Shown piece after piece: positions 1 through 7,542 of a stretch of DNA of 14,899 bases. Made by a program: the position numbers and the translations under genes. Position 1 is the stretch's first letter; each line of letters opens with the position of its first letter. The notes beneath the pieces were generated by a model. That model was not told the DNA's origin, ran no database searches, and was given only the letters and a program-made list of their open reading frames with translations. The stretch is from an uncultured Spirochaetota bacterium. GTDB taxonomy: Bacteria > Spirochaetota > Spirochaetia > SZUA-6 > Fen-1364. The stretch lies in the NCBI GenBank assembly GCA_963745235.1, contig CAVUXE010000041.1, forward strand, positions 1 to 14,899. The letters are read 5' to 3'.

Positions 1-24
1 GAATGAGTATTGGTGGAGGTGCCT

Positions 25-1035
25 GTGCTGCTTGAAGTGAATCCAAAGTCTCTCTACGCCGAGAAAGTCCGAGGCGCTCGTTTGCAGGATTTTGGGTTGG
101 ACGAGCGTAAACTCCAAGAGATTCTGTTCAAGTCCCTTGACAGACTTTTCCCCGATGACGAGTTGATCCTGCTGATGCAATCCAGGCAATGGCAAGAAGA
201 GCCAGACCTAATGGCTATCGACAAGACTGGCAGCCTCTACATTTTCGAGTTGAAGGTCTGGGAGGCATCGTCTGAACATTTGCTCCAGGTTCTGCGATAT
301 GGGCAGATATATGGCTCGTCCAGTTATGAAGACCTTGATGGGTGGTTTCAGAGGCGCAAGACAGGACAAACATTGAAAGCCGCTTTCAACGAGAAATTTG
401 GTTTTGAGTTGCCCGAGCAGGACTACAACAAGAAACAAGTCTTCGTCTTGATCACCAACGGCGTGGACTACTCCACAAGAGAAGCGATTCAGTATTGGCA
501 ACGATGTCATCTTGATGTACGCCCGTGGGTCTACCGAGCGTACAAGGGGAACGAAGGTCGGATGCTCATGGAGATTGCTGCATTCCGAGTAAACGACAAC
601 CCCTATGAGGACTTGGCAGAAGGCTACTACATACTAAATACGAACACGCAGGGCGGCGACGAAGATCAGGAGGACATGCTGAAAAACAAGAAGGCTGCCG
701 CCTACTTCGATCCGTGGAAATACAAGATCGAGAGACTGGCAAAGGGCGACGTGGTTTTCCTCTATCAGTCCGGCGTAGGAATAGTGGCGGTTGGAGAGGC
801 GGATGGGAAACTCGAAAAGCGAGCCTATCATGGCAACCCTGAAAATGATGATGAAGAATACTTCAGGAAACTAAACCACTTCCAACCTGTTGATCCGCCT
901 GTCACTGCCAGAGAGATCAAGGAGGTCACAGAAGTCGATTGGGTGTTTAGGCAGACAATGTTTGGTTTGGATGAGGAAAGCGGTAAGAGACTTCGCCAGT
1001 TTGTGGTCAATAAGCGTGTGCAAAGTGGAGACTGA
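25..1035 (+). CDS. NucS/EndoMS-like PD-(D/E)xK endonuclease fused to a C-terminal EVE/PUA-like domain; candidate modification-dependent restriction nuclease
   Basis: Motifs E-x-x-L-Q, PDLMAIDKTGSLYIFELK, QVLRY; C-terminal YYILNTN...LAKGDVVFLYQSGVGIVAVG resembles EVE/PUA. Start moved to GTG 25 because GGAGGT lies at 15-20. Confidence 0.75.
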   Translation: MLLEVNPKSLYAEKVRGARLQDFGLDERKLQEILFKSLDRLFPDDELILLMQSRQWQEEPDLMAIDKTGSLYIFELKVWEASSEHLLQVLRYGQIYGSSSYEDLDGWFQRRKTGQTLKAAFNEKFGFELPEQDYNKKQVFVLITNGVDYSTREAIQYWQRCHLDVRPWVYRAYKGNEGRMLMEIAAFRVNDNPYEDLAEGYYILNTNTQGGDEDQEDMLKNKKAAAYFDPWKYKIERLAKGDVVFLYQSGVGIVAVGEADGKLEKRAYHGNPENDDEEYFRKLNHFQPVDPPVTAREIKEVTEVDWVFRQTMFGLDEESGKRLRQFVVNKRVQSGD

Positions 1036-1046
1036 TTGTAGGTGCT

Positions 1047-1649
1047 TTGGAAATAGTTGGACAGGTTGCGCCGTTCGCTCTCTCGCTCGTGTCCCTCGCT
1101 CTTCAAGGCTATGCAACTTTCAAGAAATCAAAGGTTGAAGGCTTCTTCGGATTGCTTCTCGCCAATCCTATGAAGGCGAGAGAGGTCTTGTTGGCTGTAG
1201 TGGAACACGAAGACCTGCAATGGCTCTACTCTATCTTGGATCGAATCGCCAGCGAGGAAACGCAAGAGAAGATCAGAAACTGGAAAAACCTGCTGGTTCA
1301 TCTCTCAACCGATTTTGCCGGAGTAGATTTCAAGGACATCTACACACGAGTATTAGACAGCCTCTCCTCCCTCGATCTACTCGTTCTTCATCAGGCTTAC
1401 GCAGCGGAGTATCAGAAGGGGAAGATTGAGCAAGAAGTAGTGAGGTTGCTCGTGGCGAAAGGAATCGAGATGCCCCTCGTCGTTCAATCTATGAAGAAAC
1501 TTGCCTCACTCGGTTTGGTCGATGAACTGCAGGATACTATGAGCGTTCGGACAGGCTCGGATGAGCCGATCCTGGAAAAACTGAACTATGATCCAAACGA
1601 GTTGGGACGAAGGTTGTTGCGAATGATCTCGGACGACGAGATCGAATGA
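1047..1649 (+). CDS. Hypothetical protein resembling Abi-alpha/DUF4393 (helical core plus C-terminal winged helix)
   Basis: 200 aa ORF 11 nt after the previous stop; EKIRNWKNLL...VLDSLSSLDLLVL and SMKKLASLGLV...NELGRRLL patterns. Confidence 0.5.
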   Translation: MEIVGQVAPFALSLVSLALQGYATFKKSKVEGFFGLLLANPMKAREVLLAVVEHEDLQWLYSILDRIASEETQEKIRNWKNLLVHLSTDFAGVDFKDIYTRVLDSLSSLDLLVLHQAYAAEYQKGKIEQEVVRLLVAKGIEMPLVVQSMKKLASLGLVDELQDTMSVRTGSDEPILEKLNYDPNELGRRLLRMISDDEIE

Positions 1650-1732
1650 CGCTCATGTCTGGCACGAAGGACAAGAATGCCGACAGGCAGTAATGATTGC
1701 CTCTTGTTTCTGTCTCTTGAGGCACAAGGACA

Positions 1733-2480
1733 ATGATCACTTTTCACACCAACCCAAACAGCGACATCTTCAAGTTCGTAAAACCAGCGCACATCCATAC
1801 CATACTTGAAGGCAAACTGCATTTCCACAAACAAAAAGACCGGATACTGGCGCTCAAACACGACGAGATAGAGTATAAGGAAGCAACTGATCTTCTTGGT
1901 TGTTGTTTCTCAAGTCAAGACTCTGCCTTCACGAATGCCCAAATGTGGAATGACTTCGCTGACGACAACGGTGGGAAAGGCAACGGGATGTGTTTCTGGT
2001 TCTCAATCTCTTGCAACAAGACCTATGGCAGTGCCAGTGGCGATCTTCAACTTGAACTCAAGCGAGCGAGGGAGCGCTTGAACCTCCCGAATGACCAACC
2101 CTGGTCTCGATATGGAAGGTGTGCCTGTCTACAAAGTGGATACACCTTATGGCGTTGTCTATGACGATGCTGCTGCAAACGCTCCAGCACAGACCACCTC
2201 ATCTTCGAGTAGCGCTTCCCTGCATTCTGTCATGAAGGAAAAGAAGCACGAGGACGAAAATGAGGTCAGGTTATTCACGGAGGCACGACCAGGTGAGACC
2301 GGACGAGACATTGGATTCACAACTGCCGTCAATGGTTTCTTGAGATTGCGAGCGGCATTTTTCGGACCGGATTTTGATCAAAGTCAAAGGGCAGCCATAA
2401 GAGACAGCATCAAGAGCAAGTTCGGGCAGCAGGTTCTCGTCTACCAAATGGATGATCAAACGGGCTACGACCCATACTGA
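1733..2480 (+). pseudogene. DUF2971-like gene split over two frames (1733-2164 and 2091-2480)
   Basis: First frame has CFSS...MWNDFAD...GMCFWF; second has VVYDD, KEKKHEDENEVR, LRAAFFG...VYQM. These are consecutive motifs of one family in frames offset by +1. Confidence 0.65.
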
Positions 2481-2631
2481 ATCTGCTTATGGAGGGAGGT
2501 CTTGGAGCCGCCGCTGTTGCCAGTTCTACTCTTCCCGGAGCGGTTGTTCGGCGATCTCGGCGAGTCGGTTAGCGGGGATTCCATCGAGTTCAAGATGGAT
2601 CAAGTCCACGGTTGTCATGGCTGTCTGCTCT

Positions 2632-2763
2632 TCACTCGACCTCCACCCACTTCGTCTTTGCGGCGATCTCCCTCGTAAGGCGGCAGAAGGCAATGTCATA
2701 GTCCTCGAAAGTCAGCGTGATGAGGTAGCGTTGAGTGAGTTGCAGCGTGGTGCTTGTTGCCAT
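2632..2763 (-). CDS. Small hypothetical protein (43 aa, MATSTTLQLTQRY...)
   Basis: Translated by hand; GAGG upstream of ATG; co-oriented with the - strand cluster; below the ORF track size cutoff. Confidence 0.4.
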   Translation of the reverse strand: MATSTTLQLTQRYLITLTFEDYDIAFCRLTREIAAKTKWVEVE

Positions 2764-2804
2764 CGCTGATGACCTCTCGACCCTTTCCCGACATCTGGCA
2801 AGCG

Positions 2805-3008
2805 TCAGTCGGTGCTTCTGAACCGGCGGCAGATCGCTCGTGTCTGCGCTCTGGCTGCCGCCTCACCCCAGGTCTCGCTGGTGTCCCCCTCGTTCCAGAA
2901 CTCGCAATCCCTGTGAGCATCAAACAGCCGTTGGTAGTTGAGACAAGAAAAACAGGTGGTGCCACGCCGCAGCAACTCTGCGTATTCGGCGTCGGATGGT
3001 GTTTTCAT
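2805..3008 (-). CDS. Small Cys-rich protein (67 aa, CxxC...C...C), possible zinc-binding phage-type protein
   Basis: MKTPSDAEY...TCFSCLNY...DCEFW...ICRRF; ATG overlaps the stop of the upstream ORF (ATGA, 3005-3008). Confidence 0.55.
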   Translation of the reverse strand: MKTPSDAEYAELLRRGTTCFSCLNYQRLFDAHRDCEFWNEGDTSETWGEAAARAQTRAICRRFRSTD

Positions 3009-3175
3009 AGGACGCTTTCCACTTTGTCCGGCGTGGGCTGCGGCGAACCGAGGTCTCGAAGGAGCAGTCGTGCCAGGTATTCGCTGATGAACAAGTTGCG
3101 GACACTCGCCTGCTGCTTTATCTGGTTCTTCAAGAAAACGGGGATCGTCAGGGACGCTTTCATAGTTTGCTTCAT
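3005..3175 (-). CDS. Ribbon-helix-helix (CopG/Arc-like) DNA-binding protein, 56 aa
   Basis: Hand translation MKQTMKASLTIPVFLKNQIKQQASVRNLFISEYLARLLLRDLGSPQPTPDKVESVL: alternating beta strand, helix, SEYL helix; AAGGTAAGGG upstream; absent from the ORF track. Confidence 0.6.
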   Translation of the reverse strand: MKQTMKASLTIPVFLKNQIKQQASVRNLFISEYLARLLLRDLGSPQPTPDKVESVL

Positions 3176-3364
3176 CCCTTACCTTGTGCGGGGAAATCGT
3201 GATCCTACGCATTTCCACAAAGAAACTTGTTCGACTATTTCCTGCTGCTTCGGGGCGTGAAGGCGCTCTCGCATGTCCGACTCATCACGAGCGCTCGCTA
3301 TGATCTCGGCGAGGGGATGAGGCAAAAAAACGAGGGGCAAAGGCGCTTGAGCAAGCACTCCTGT

Positions 3365-4423
3365 TCAGTCGTCACCGTTCAATCTGCTTTGTCGTTCTGC
3401 TACCAGCCCGTCAACGACCCGCTGTGGCAATCCCTCGTATAGCACGCACTCCTGTACGAACTGCGTGAACTGATGATTGCGGTCAAACCACAAGTCCAGT
3501 TTCCAGTCCTTTATCAACAAGGCGATCATTCTGGGCTTCGCAAACGCCCATCTGCGTTCTTTTCTCGCATTCTCTTCATCCTTCCTGGCACGTTCCTTTC
3601 TTGCTTTCTCCGCTTTGATGGCTTTGACCATCTCGCCCTGTGCCAATACAAGCATCGCATAAGGATCATAGCCGAAGTTCGTGACACGCTGGTTGATGTC
3701 GGATGCATCGTGGACTGTTCGCCAGAGTGGGAGATTTTCGATGAATTCGTTGATTCTCCATTCGTCCTTGATGGCAAATACCGCCTCTATATCCTTCATT
3801 CGTGGAACACCCTTCGTCAGAACAAGTGGATAGGATTCGTGATGCTTTTCAAGGTAATGGATGTGAAATGGTTCCAAGGGTACTTGGCAGAGAATGGATT
3901 CAAGATTGAATGGACTGATCTTCTTTTGTACACCAGTTCCCATCTCTTTGGAAAAACCTTCAGTAGTAGTAGTCCCCTTGTTACTACTACTGGGGTTTTT
4001 GTTGCTAACTCCCTTGTTGCTATACTCCCTTGTTCTTTTACTGTGTCGGCTGTGAGAGTTCTCTGACTGTGAGTTCTCTGTATCAGAGTGATCTCCGGTC
4101 AGTGTGTCTGCAATCCGTAACTCTGACGGCTTGTCATTCCACTCGTAAATCCAGCCCACATTCCTGTTGCCAACACGCTTGGCTTTCAGGTGTAGGAATC
4201 CTTCGTCTTGGAGTTGAGCGATGGCTGCGTAATACCTGGCTCGTGACAACTTGAATCGACGCCTGACTTGCCACATTTGCGTATCCCAGGAGTCCACTTG
4301 TCCGAGGATGTAGTGAAGGATGGCAAAGGCATCGACGGAAAGGTCATCGTCGTCGTATGCCTCCATGTCCACTCGCTTGTATTTGGCTTTGTCTTCGACG
4401 TTCTTCTTGCTTCGCTGGATCAT
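3365..4423 (-). CDS. Phage/plasmid-type HTH replication initiator (replisome-organizer-like)
   Basis: N-terminal DLSVDAFAILHYIL...SRARYYAAIAQLQDEGFL winged helix followed by a low-complexity repeat linker. Start moved to ATG 4423 (GAGGAAGG upstream, ATGA overlap with the leader ORF). Confidence 0.7.
   Translation of the reverse strand: MIQRSKKNVEDKAKYKRVDMEAYDDDDLSVDAFAILHYILGQVDSWDTQMWQVRRRFKLSRARYYAAIAQLQDEGFLHLKAKRVGNRNVGWIYEWNDKPSELRIADTLTGDHSDTENSQSENSHSRHSKRTREYSNKGVSNKNPSSSNKGTTTTEGFSKEMGTGVQKKISPFNLESILCQVPLEPFHIHYLEKHHESYPLVLTKGVPRMKDIEAVFAIKDEWRINEFIENLPLWRTVHDASDINQRVTNFGYDPYAMLVLAQGEMVKAIKAEKARKERARKDEENARKERRWAFAKPRMIALLIKDWKLDLWFDRNHQFTQFVQECVLYEGLPQRVVDGLVAERQSRLNGDD
3961..4100. 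repeat. Iteron-like repeats and palindrome inside the rep gene; putative replication origin
   Basis: GAGTTCTCTG at 4056 and 4071; TTGTTGCTA at 3999 and 4014; CCCTTGTT at 3975, 4011, 4027; perfect 11-bp inverted repeat 3961-3971/3982-3992. Confidence 0.6.
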
Positions 4424-4518
4424 GATGCCTTCCTCGCTGCATCCAGTCTCCCGTGGCATAAATCTCTGCGTGCTTTTGTCATACATCGGCTGCGGGTCTT
4501 ACATTCTGTTCGCTTCAT
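4420..4518 (-). CDS. 32-aa leader peptide translationally coupled to rep
   Basis: GGAG-N6-ATG; MKRTECKTRSRCMTKARRDLCHGRLDAARKAS; TGA overlaps the rep ATG (ATGA). Confidence 0.5.
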   Translation of the reverse strand: MKRTECKTRSRCMTKARRDLCHGRLDAARKAS

Positions 4519-4566
4519 CTTATTCTCCATGCGGTCTGTAAGGCGTATTCGCCTCGGCTGTGCCGT

Positions 4567-4662
4567 AAACAAAAAGCCCATCGCTGCCTGGCGGGGCTTT
4601 GATGGGCTTCTTCAAGACACCGGTCACGAATGTCCGCCAACATTCGCAACCGTTCTTGTCTC
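4567..4662 (-). ncRNA. Two-hairpin cis-regulatory RNA with complementary loops; second hairpin is terminator-like
   Basis: Hairpin 1 at 4621-4652: 13-bp stem with two G-U pairs on the - strand, loop UGGCGG. Hairpin 2 at 4574-4609: AAGCCCAUC/GAUGGGCUU, apical loop CCGCCA, followed by a U-rich tail. Confidence 0.65.
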
Positions 4663-4979
4663 TAACTATGCGGTGGGTGTCTCTGTATCTTTGCTATGCG
4701 ATTCTCTCCAAGTGGGTGCGTGGGGCTGGTGGCTTCCACAGATGCCTGCTCGAAAACCAAGCCAGCGATACGATCAATCGTTTCCACATATGAGCGAGTT
4801 TCCTCATATGAGTGTGGAACGACCTTGAAGCGAACTGGCTTACCTGCTGCGATCCACTCGTCAACGAACGCTTCAAGAATCCTGCTTCCGGCCATCTTGC
4901 TTTCATTTGCTTCCTGGCGAAGTCGGGTAAGTGCGTCGGTCGCTCGATCTGGATAGCCATCTTTCCTGGGGTTGCTCAT
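4662..4979 (-). CDS. Hypothetical protein; N-terminal half possibly an RHH-like regulator
   Basis: 105 aa ORF; ALTRLRQEA...SRILEAFVDEWI two-helix pattern; start codon lies inside a palindrome. Confidence 0.4.
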   Translation of the reverse strand: MSNPRKDGYPDRATDALTRLRQEANESKMAGSRILEAFVDEWIAAGKPVRFKVVPHSYEETRSYVETIDRIAGLVFEQASVEATSPTHPLGENRIAKIQRHPPHS

Positions 4980-4984
4980 ATGAG
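4780..4984. promoter_or_regulatory. Repeated operator-like palindrome CTCATATGAG
   Basis: Perfect copies at 4803-4812 and 4975-4984; one-mismatch copy at 4785-4794. Confidence 0.5.
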
Positions 4985-5045
4985 TTCACATCAAACTATG
5001 CTTTGGGGAATGATCCGCCGAGAAAACCTATGGCGGTAGAGCCAG

Positions 5046-5074
5046 AAAAAGCCCTGGCTAAACATCCAGGGCTT
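5046..5074 (-). terminator. Rho-independent terminator
   Basis: AAGCCCTGG-N8-CCAGGGCTT then TTT on the - strand, downstream of the 5104-5397 ORF. Confidence 0.65.
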
Positions 5075-5103
5075 GTCCGTCAGGATCGGGTGTGCAGAAC
5101 ACC

Positions 5104-5397
5104 TTACGCTATTCCAGCAGTCCTCTTCTCGGCTCGATGTTCTTTGAGCCACGACCGCATAATACGATCCCCCAGGCGTCCGAGTTGGCTGGCAAGTTTC
5201 TCGTCATACTGCATCTCGAAGACATCAGCCACGAACTGATCCCACTCGTCGTCGGTGAAGGACGCTTCCAGTTCACTCATATTCGGCTCTCCGAACAGGA
5301 AGATGGCGATGCCTTCCTCTTGCAGCGTGATCCTGGCTTTGGTGGCTCTGTCGTCGGTCGAACGCCTGGGGTCAAGATGCGGGTTACGCTTCTTCAT
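5104..5397 (-). CDS. Hypothetical protein (97 aa)
   Basis: ATGA overlap with the upstream ORF; followed by a terminator. Confidence 0.6.
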   Translation of the reverse strand: MKKRNPHLDPRRSTDDRATKARITLQEEGIAIFLFGEPNMSELEASFTDDEWDQFVADVFEMQYDEKLASQLGRLGDRIMRSWLKEHRAEKRTAGIA

Positions 5398-5795
5398 ATT
5401 TGTATCCTCATCTTGAACATCACGACATCCACTTTCAGTCCTGGCGTCACCAGAGATTCAGCCCTCTCCACCCACGCACCCTTCTGGGCAGCGGCGACGA
5501 TCTCTGGATTGGCTGTCCAGTAATAGTCACGCTCATTATCAACCCTGGTGACGACCCACTTCTTTTCCATCAGTTCAGAGAACGTCCTGGCAAGCAGGTC
5601 TTTCTCTTTGGTGGTATTGATCTCGAACTTGCCTCCGGTTCCGTGGTCATAGACCATCATCGAGGCGAGTAGCGACCGATACATCACCTTGGCATTCATG
5701 TCGTTGGTGATGTGTCCCAGGTATTCATGCTCGATGGTCCGGTCGATCAGAGCATTCGGTGGATGATCCGCTCGTGTCATGATGATAATGTTCAT
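5394..5795 (-). CDS. Hypothetical protein (133 aa, MNIIIMTRADH...)
   Basis: Start moved to 5795, which gives an ATGA overlap with the upstream stop (5792-5795). Confidence 0.6.
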   Translation of the reverse strand: MNIIIMTRADHPPNALIDRTIEHEYLGHITNDMNAKVMYRSLLASMMVYDHGTGGKFEINTTKEKDLLARTFSELMEKKWVVTRVDNERDYYWTANPEIVAAAQKGAWVERAESLVTPGLKVDVVMFKMRIQI

Positions 5796-5983
5796 TCGGG
5801 AAACAACCTCCCGAGTTCCTTGCCGATGCTGACGGTCATCGCATCTGCCATAGCCTTCAGGTATTCCTTCTTCTCGGTATCCGTCTCTGCCTCTGCCTGT
5901 TCTTTGATCTTGGCGATCTCGTGAAACCAGTCTTTCTGATCCTGGCTCAACTTTGCCCACACCTGGTCTGCTGTCATCCTCAT
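5792..5983 (-). CDS. Small helical hypothetical protein (63 aa)
   Basis: AGGAAGGAG upstream of ATG 5983; MRMTADQVWAKLSQDQK... Confidence 0.6.
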   Translation of the reverse strand: MRMTADQVWAKLSQDQKDWFHEIAKIKEQAEAETDTEKKEYLKAMADAMTVSIGKELGRLFPE

Positions 5984-6056
5984 CTTGTCACTCTCCTTCC
6001 TTGATTTGCGTGCGGGCCCTGCCCGCACGCTTTCTCTCCATTACGCATTACGGGCA

Positions 6057-7004
6057 TTACACTGCCTGATACTTTCCGGTGCCTGTAATGCGTGTAATCT
6101 GCCCGTCCTTGTGCATCCGATGGATCAAGACCCTGGCGGAGTTCAGCGTGATGTCCATTTCTTTTGCGAGTTCGGAGGGCGTCTTCGGTTCCTGCAGAAT
6201 CTCCAGGGCGGCGGCACGGCTGTCAGAGATTTCCTCCACCGGCTCCGGCTCATCGGACATCTGCCACACCCCATCGACCAGTTCCAGGGGCAACTGCATC
6301 TCCTTGATGTCTCGACCAGTGATCGAGAGCGTTCCCTTCGTCTTGTTGCGGGGGCGGCGCAACTCTGCCACTGCATCCGCCACTGCCGTGATGCCCTGCG
6401 ACCCGATGGGGGACAAAACGAAATCGTCCTTTTTGTTCTTGGACGAGTGATGCATGGCGACCAACGCCAGGTGGTAAGTGTCGGCGAGGTTCTTGAGTTG
6501 CAGCAGCGAGGCGTAAGTGTTGGCGTAGTTGCTGCCAAGCACGACCTCGCCGCCCAACTGCGCCAAGGTGTCCACGACAACCAGTCTCGGGTGCAACTTC
6601 TTGATCTTCGCCTCAATGGTTGCCATCGCCCGACCAGGCGGAAGGCGGTCATAGGTGATGATCGAAAGTGAATCAAGTGGAGTCCCGTTCCGTAACATGT
6701 TGAGACGGTCGAAAACTCGCCGCTGCCCGTCTTCCAGTGCCAGATACAATACTTTCTGCCTGTGGATCGGGCGGTCGAAGAACCGCTTGCCCGTCGCCAC
6801 CGAGGTAGCAATCGCCAGCGACAGCAGCGACTTGCCGATCTTCGGTGACCCCACCATCACAGTGAGTCCCTCAACCAGCACATCGGGTATCACCCAGTGC
6901 AGCGGATCGAAACGCCTGCGTAGGAGTGATGATCCGCTGATCACCACATCGTCAGATACCTTGCCCTTCTTATTGCCCCTTTGGGGCGCTCCCCCGTTAT
7001 GCAT
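6057..7004 (-). CDS. AAA_25 / RepA-like (RecA-fold) helicase-ATPase with C-terminal winged HTH
   Basis: Walker A GSPKIGKS, VLYLALED, Walker B LVVVDTL, MHHSSK, GSQG; C-terminal TPSELAKEMDITLNSARVLIHRM. Confidence 0.85.
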   Translation of the reverse strand: MHNGGAPQRGNKKGKVSDDVVISGSSLLRRRFDPLHWVIPDVLVEGLTVMVGSPKIGKSLLSLAIATSVATGKRFFDRPIHRQKVLYLALEDGQRRVFDRLNMLRNGTPLDSLSIITYDRLPPGRAMATIEAKIKKLHPRLVVVDTLAQLGGEVVLGSNYANTYASLLQLKNLADTYHLALVAMHHSSKNKKDDFVLSPIGSQGITAVADAVAELRRPRNKTKGTLSITGRDIKEMQLPLELVDGVWQMSDEPEPVEEISDSRAAALEILQEPKTPSELAKEMDITLNSARVLIHRMHKDGQITRITGTGKYQAV

Positions 7005-7095
7005 TCTTGTTCCTCGATTCTTGTGCTGGCTCTTGGGTTTGGGAGCGGGCAGGGTTTGTGAAGATGTCGTCAGAGAGAGGTAGATAGGAAGGCAT
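6997..7095 (-). CDS. 32-aa leader ORF overlapping the helicase start
   Basis: MPSYLPLSDDIFTNPARSQTQEPAQESRNKNA; ATG follows GGAG and the U-tract of the leader hairpin; stop overlaps the helicase start (ATGcaTAA). Confidence 0.4.
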   Translation of the reverse strand: MPSYLPLSDDIFTNPARSQTQEPAQESRNKNA

Positions 7096-7210
7096 AAAAA
7101 AACTCCTTTGGGACAATACCCTCACGCAGTCCGCACACGGCAGACTAAAGCGTCAGTGGTATTCCCCAACAGGAGTTTCACTCCTTCCCTGGGTGCGTGT
7201 GCGAGGGTGT
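7091..7210 (-). ncRNA. Long-hairpin attenuator-like leader RNA
   Basis: AAACUCCU/AGGAGUUU, UUGGGGAAUACC/GGUAUUGUCCCAA, ACGC/GCGU, AGUCUGC/GCGGACU stems then U7-AUGCC; apex CGUGUGCG (7132-7139) is complementary to CGCACACG (7196-7203). Confidence 0.6.
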
Positions 7211-7542
7211 AATCTCACACACTGGGAGCAAGGGGTAACCTTGCCCTCCGAATATATCTCAACTTGTCGGGAAAAGCCATTCACTACGGGAAGGGGTGCC
7301 AGCCCCGCCAAGCCGTCAGGGGAGAGCCGAGCGGTGTGGATCACCGGGTTAGACGCCCCGAAACGGGTTTTGTCCGCCCAAAAAACCGGTAACCACAAAT
7401 GAGGCCGGATACGCCCGTTTTTCAGAAATGTGGAGTCATGGAGGTAAGAGGCGAGAAGGCACCGTCAAAACACCATTGATGTAGAAACCCCGTAAAATAC
7501 AGCGTTTTGTGGCATCCACGCGGAAAAGGCACGAAAAGGTAA

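Noticed and set aside
3961-4820. CRISPR array
   Set aside because: Repeats are short, few, and lack unique spacers of regular length; no cas genes.
6008-6060. Hairpin GCGTGCGGGC/GCCCGCACGC and CATTAC repeats after the helicase
   Set aside because: No U-tract, and the repeats are too short to assign a function.
2754-6811. Long alternative ORFs (2754-3260, 3473-4066, 4268-4828, 5092-5523, 5985-6671, 6143-6811)
   Set aside because: Antisense or out-of-frame shadows of better supported genes, with no motifs.
7260-7425. GC-rich stretch with imperfect inverted repeats (AAACGGG...CCCGTTT) as ribozyme, oriT or integrase arm sites
   Set aside because: No catalytic core or nick-site consensus recognised; the pairing is too weak to support a call.
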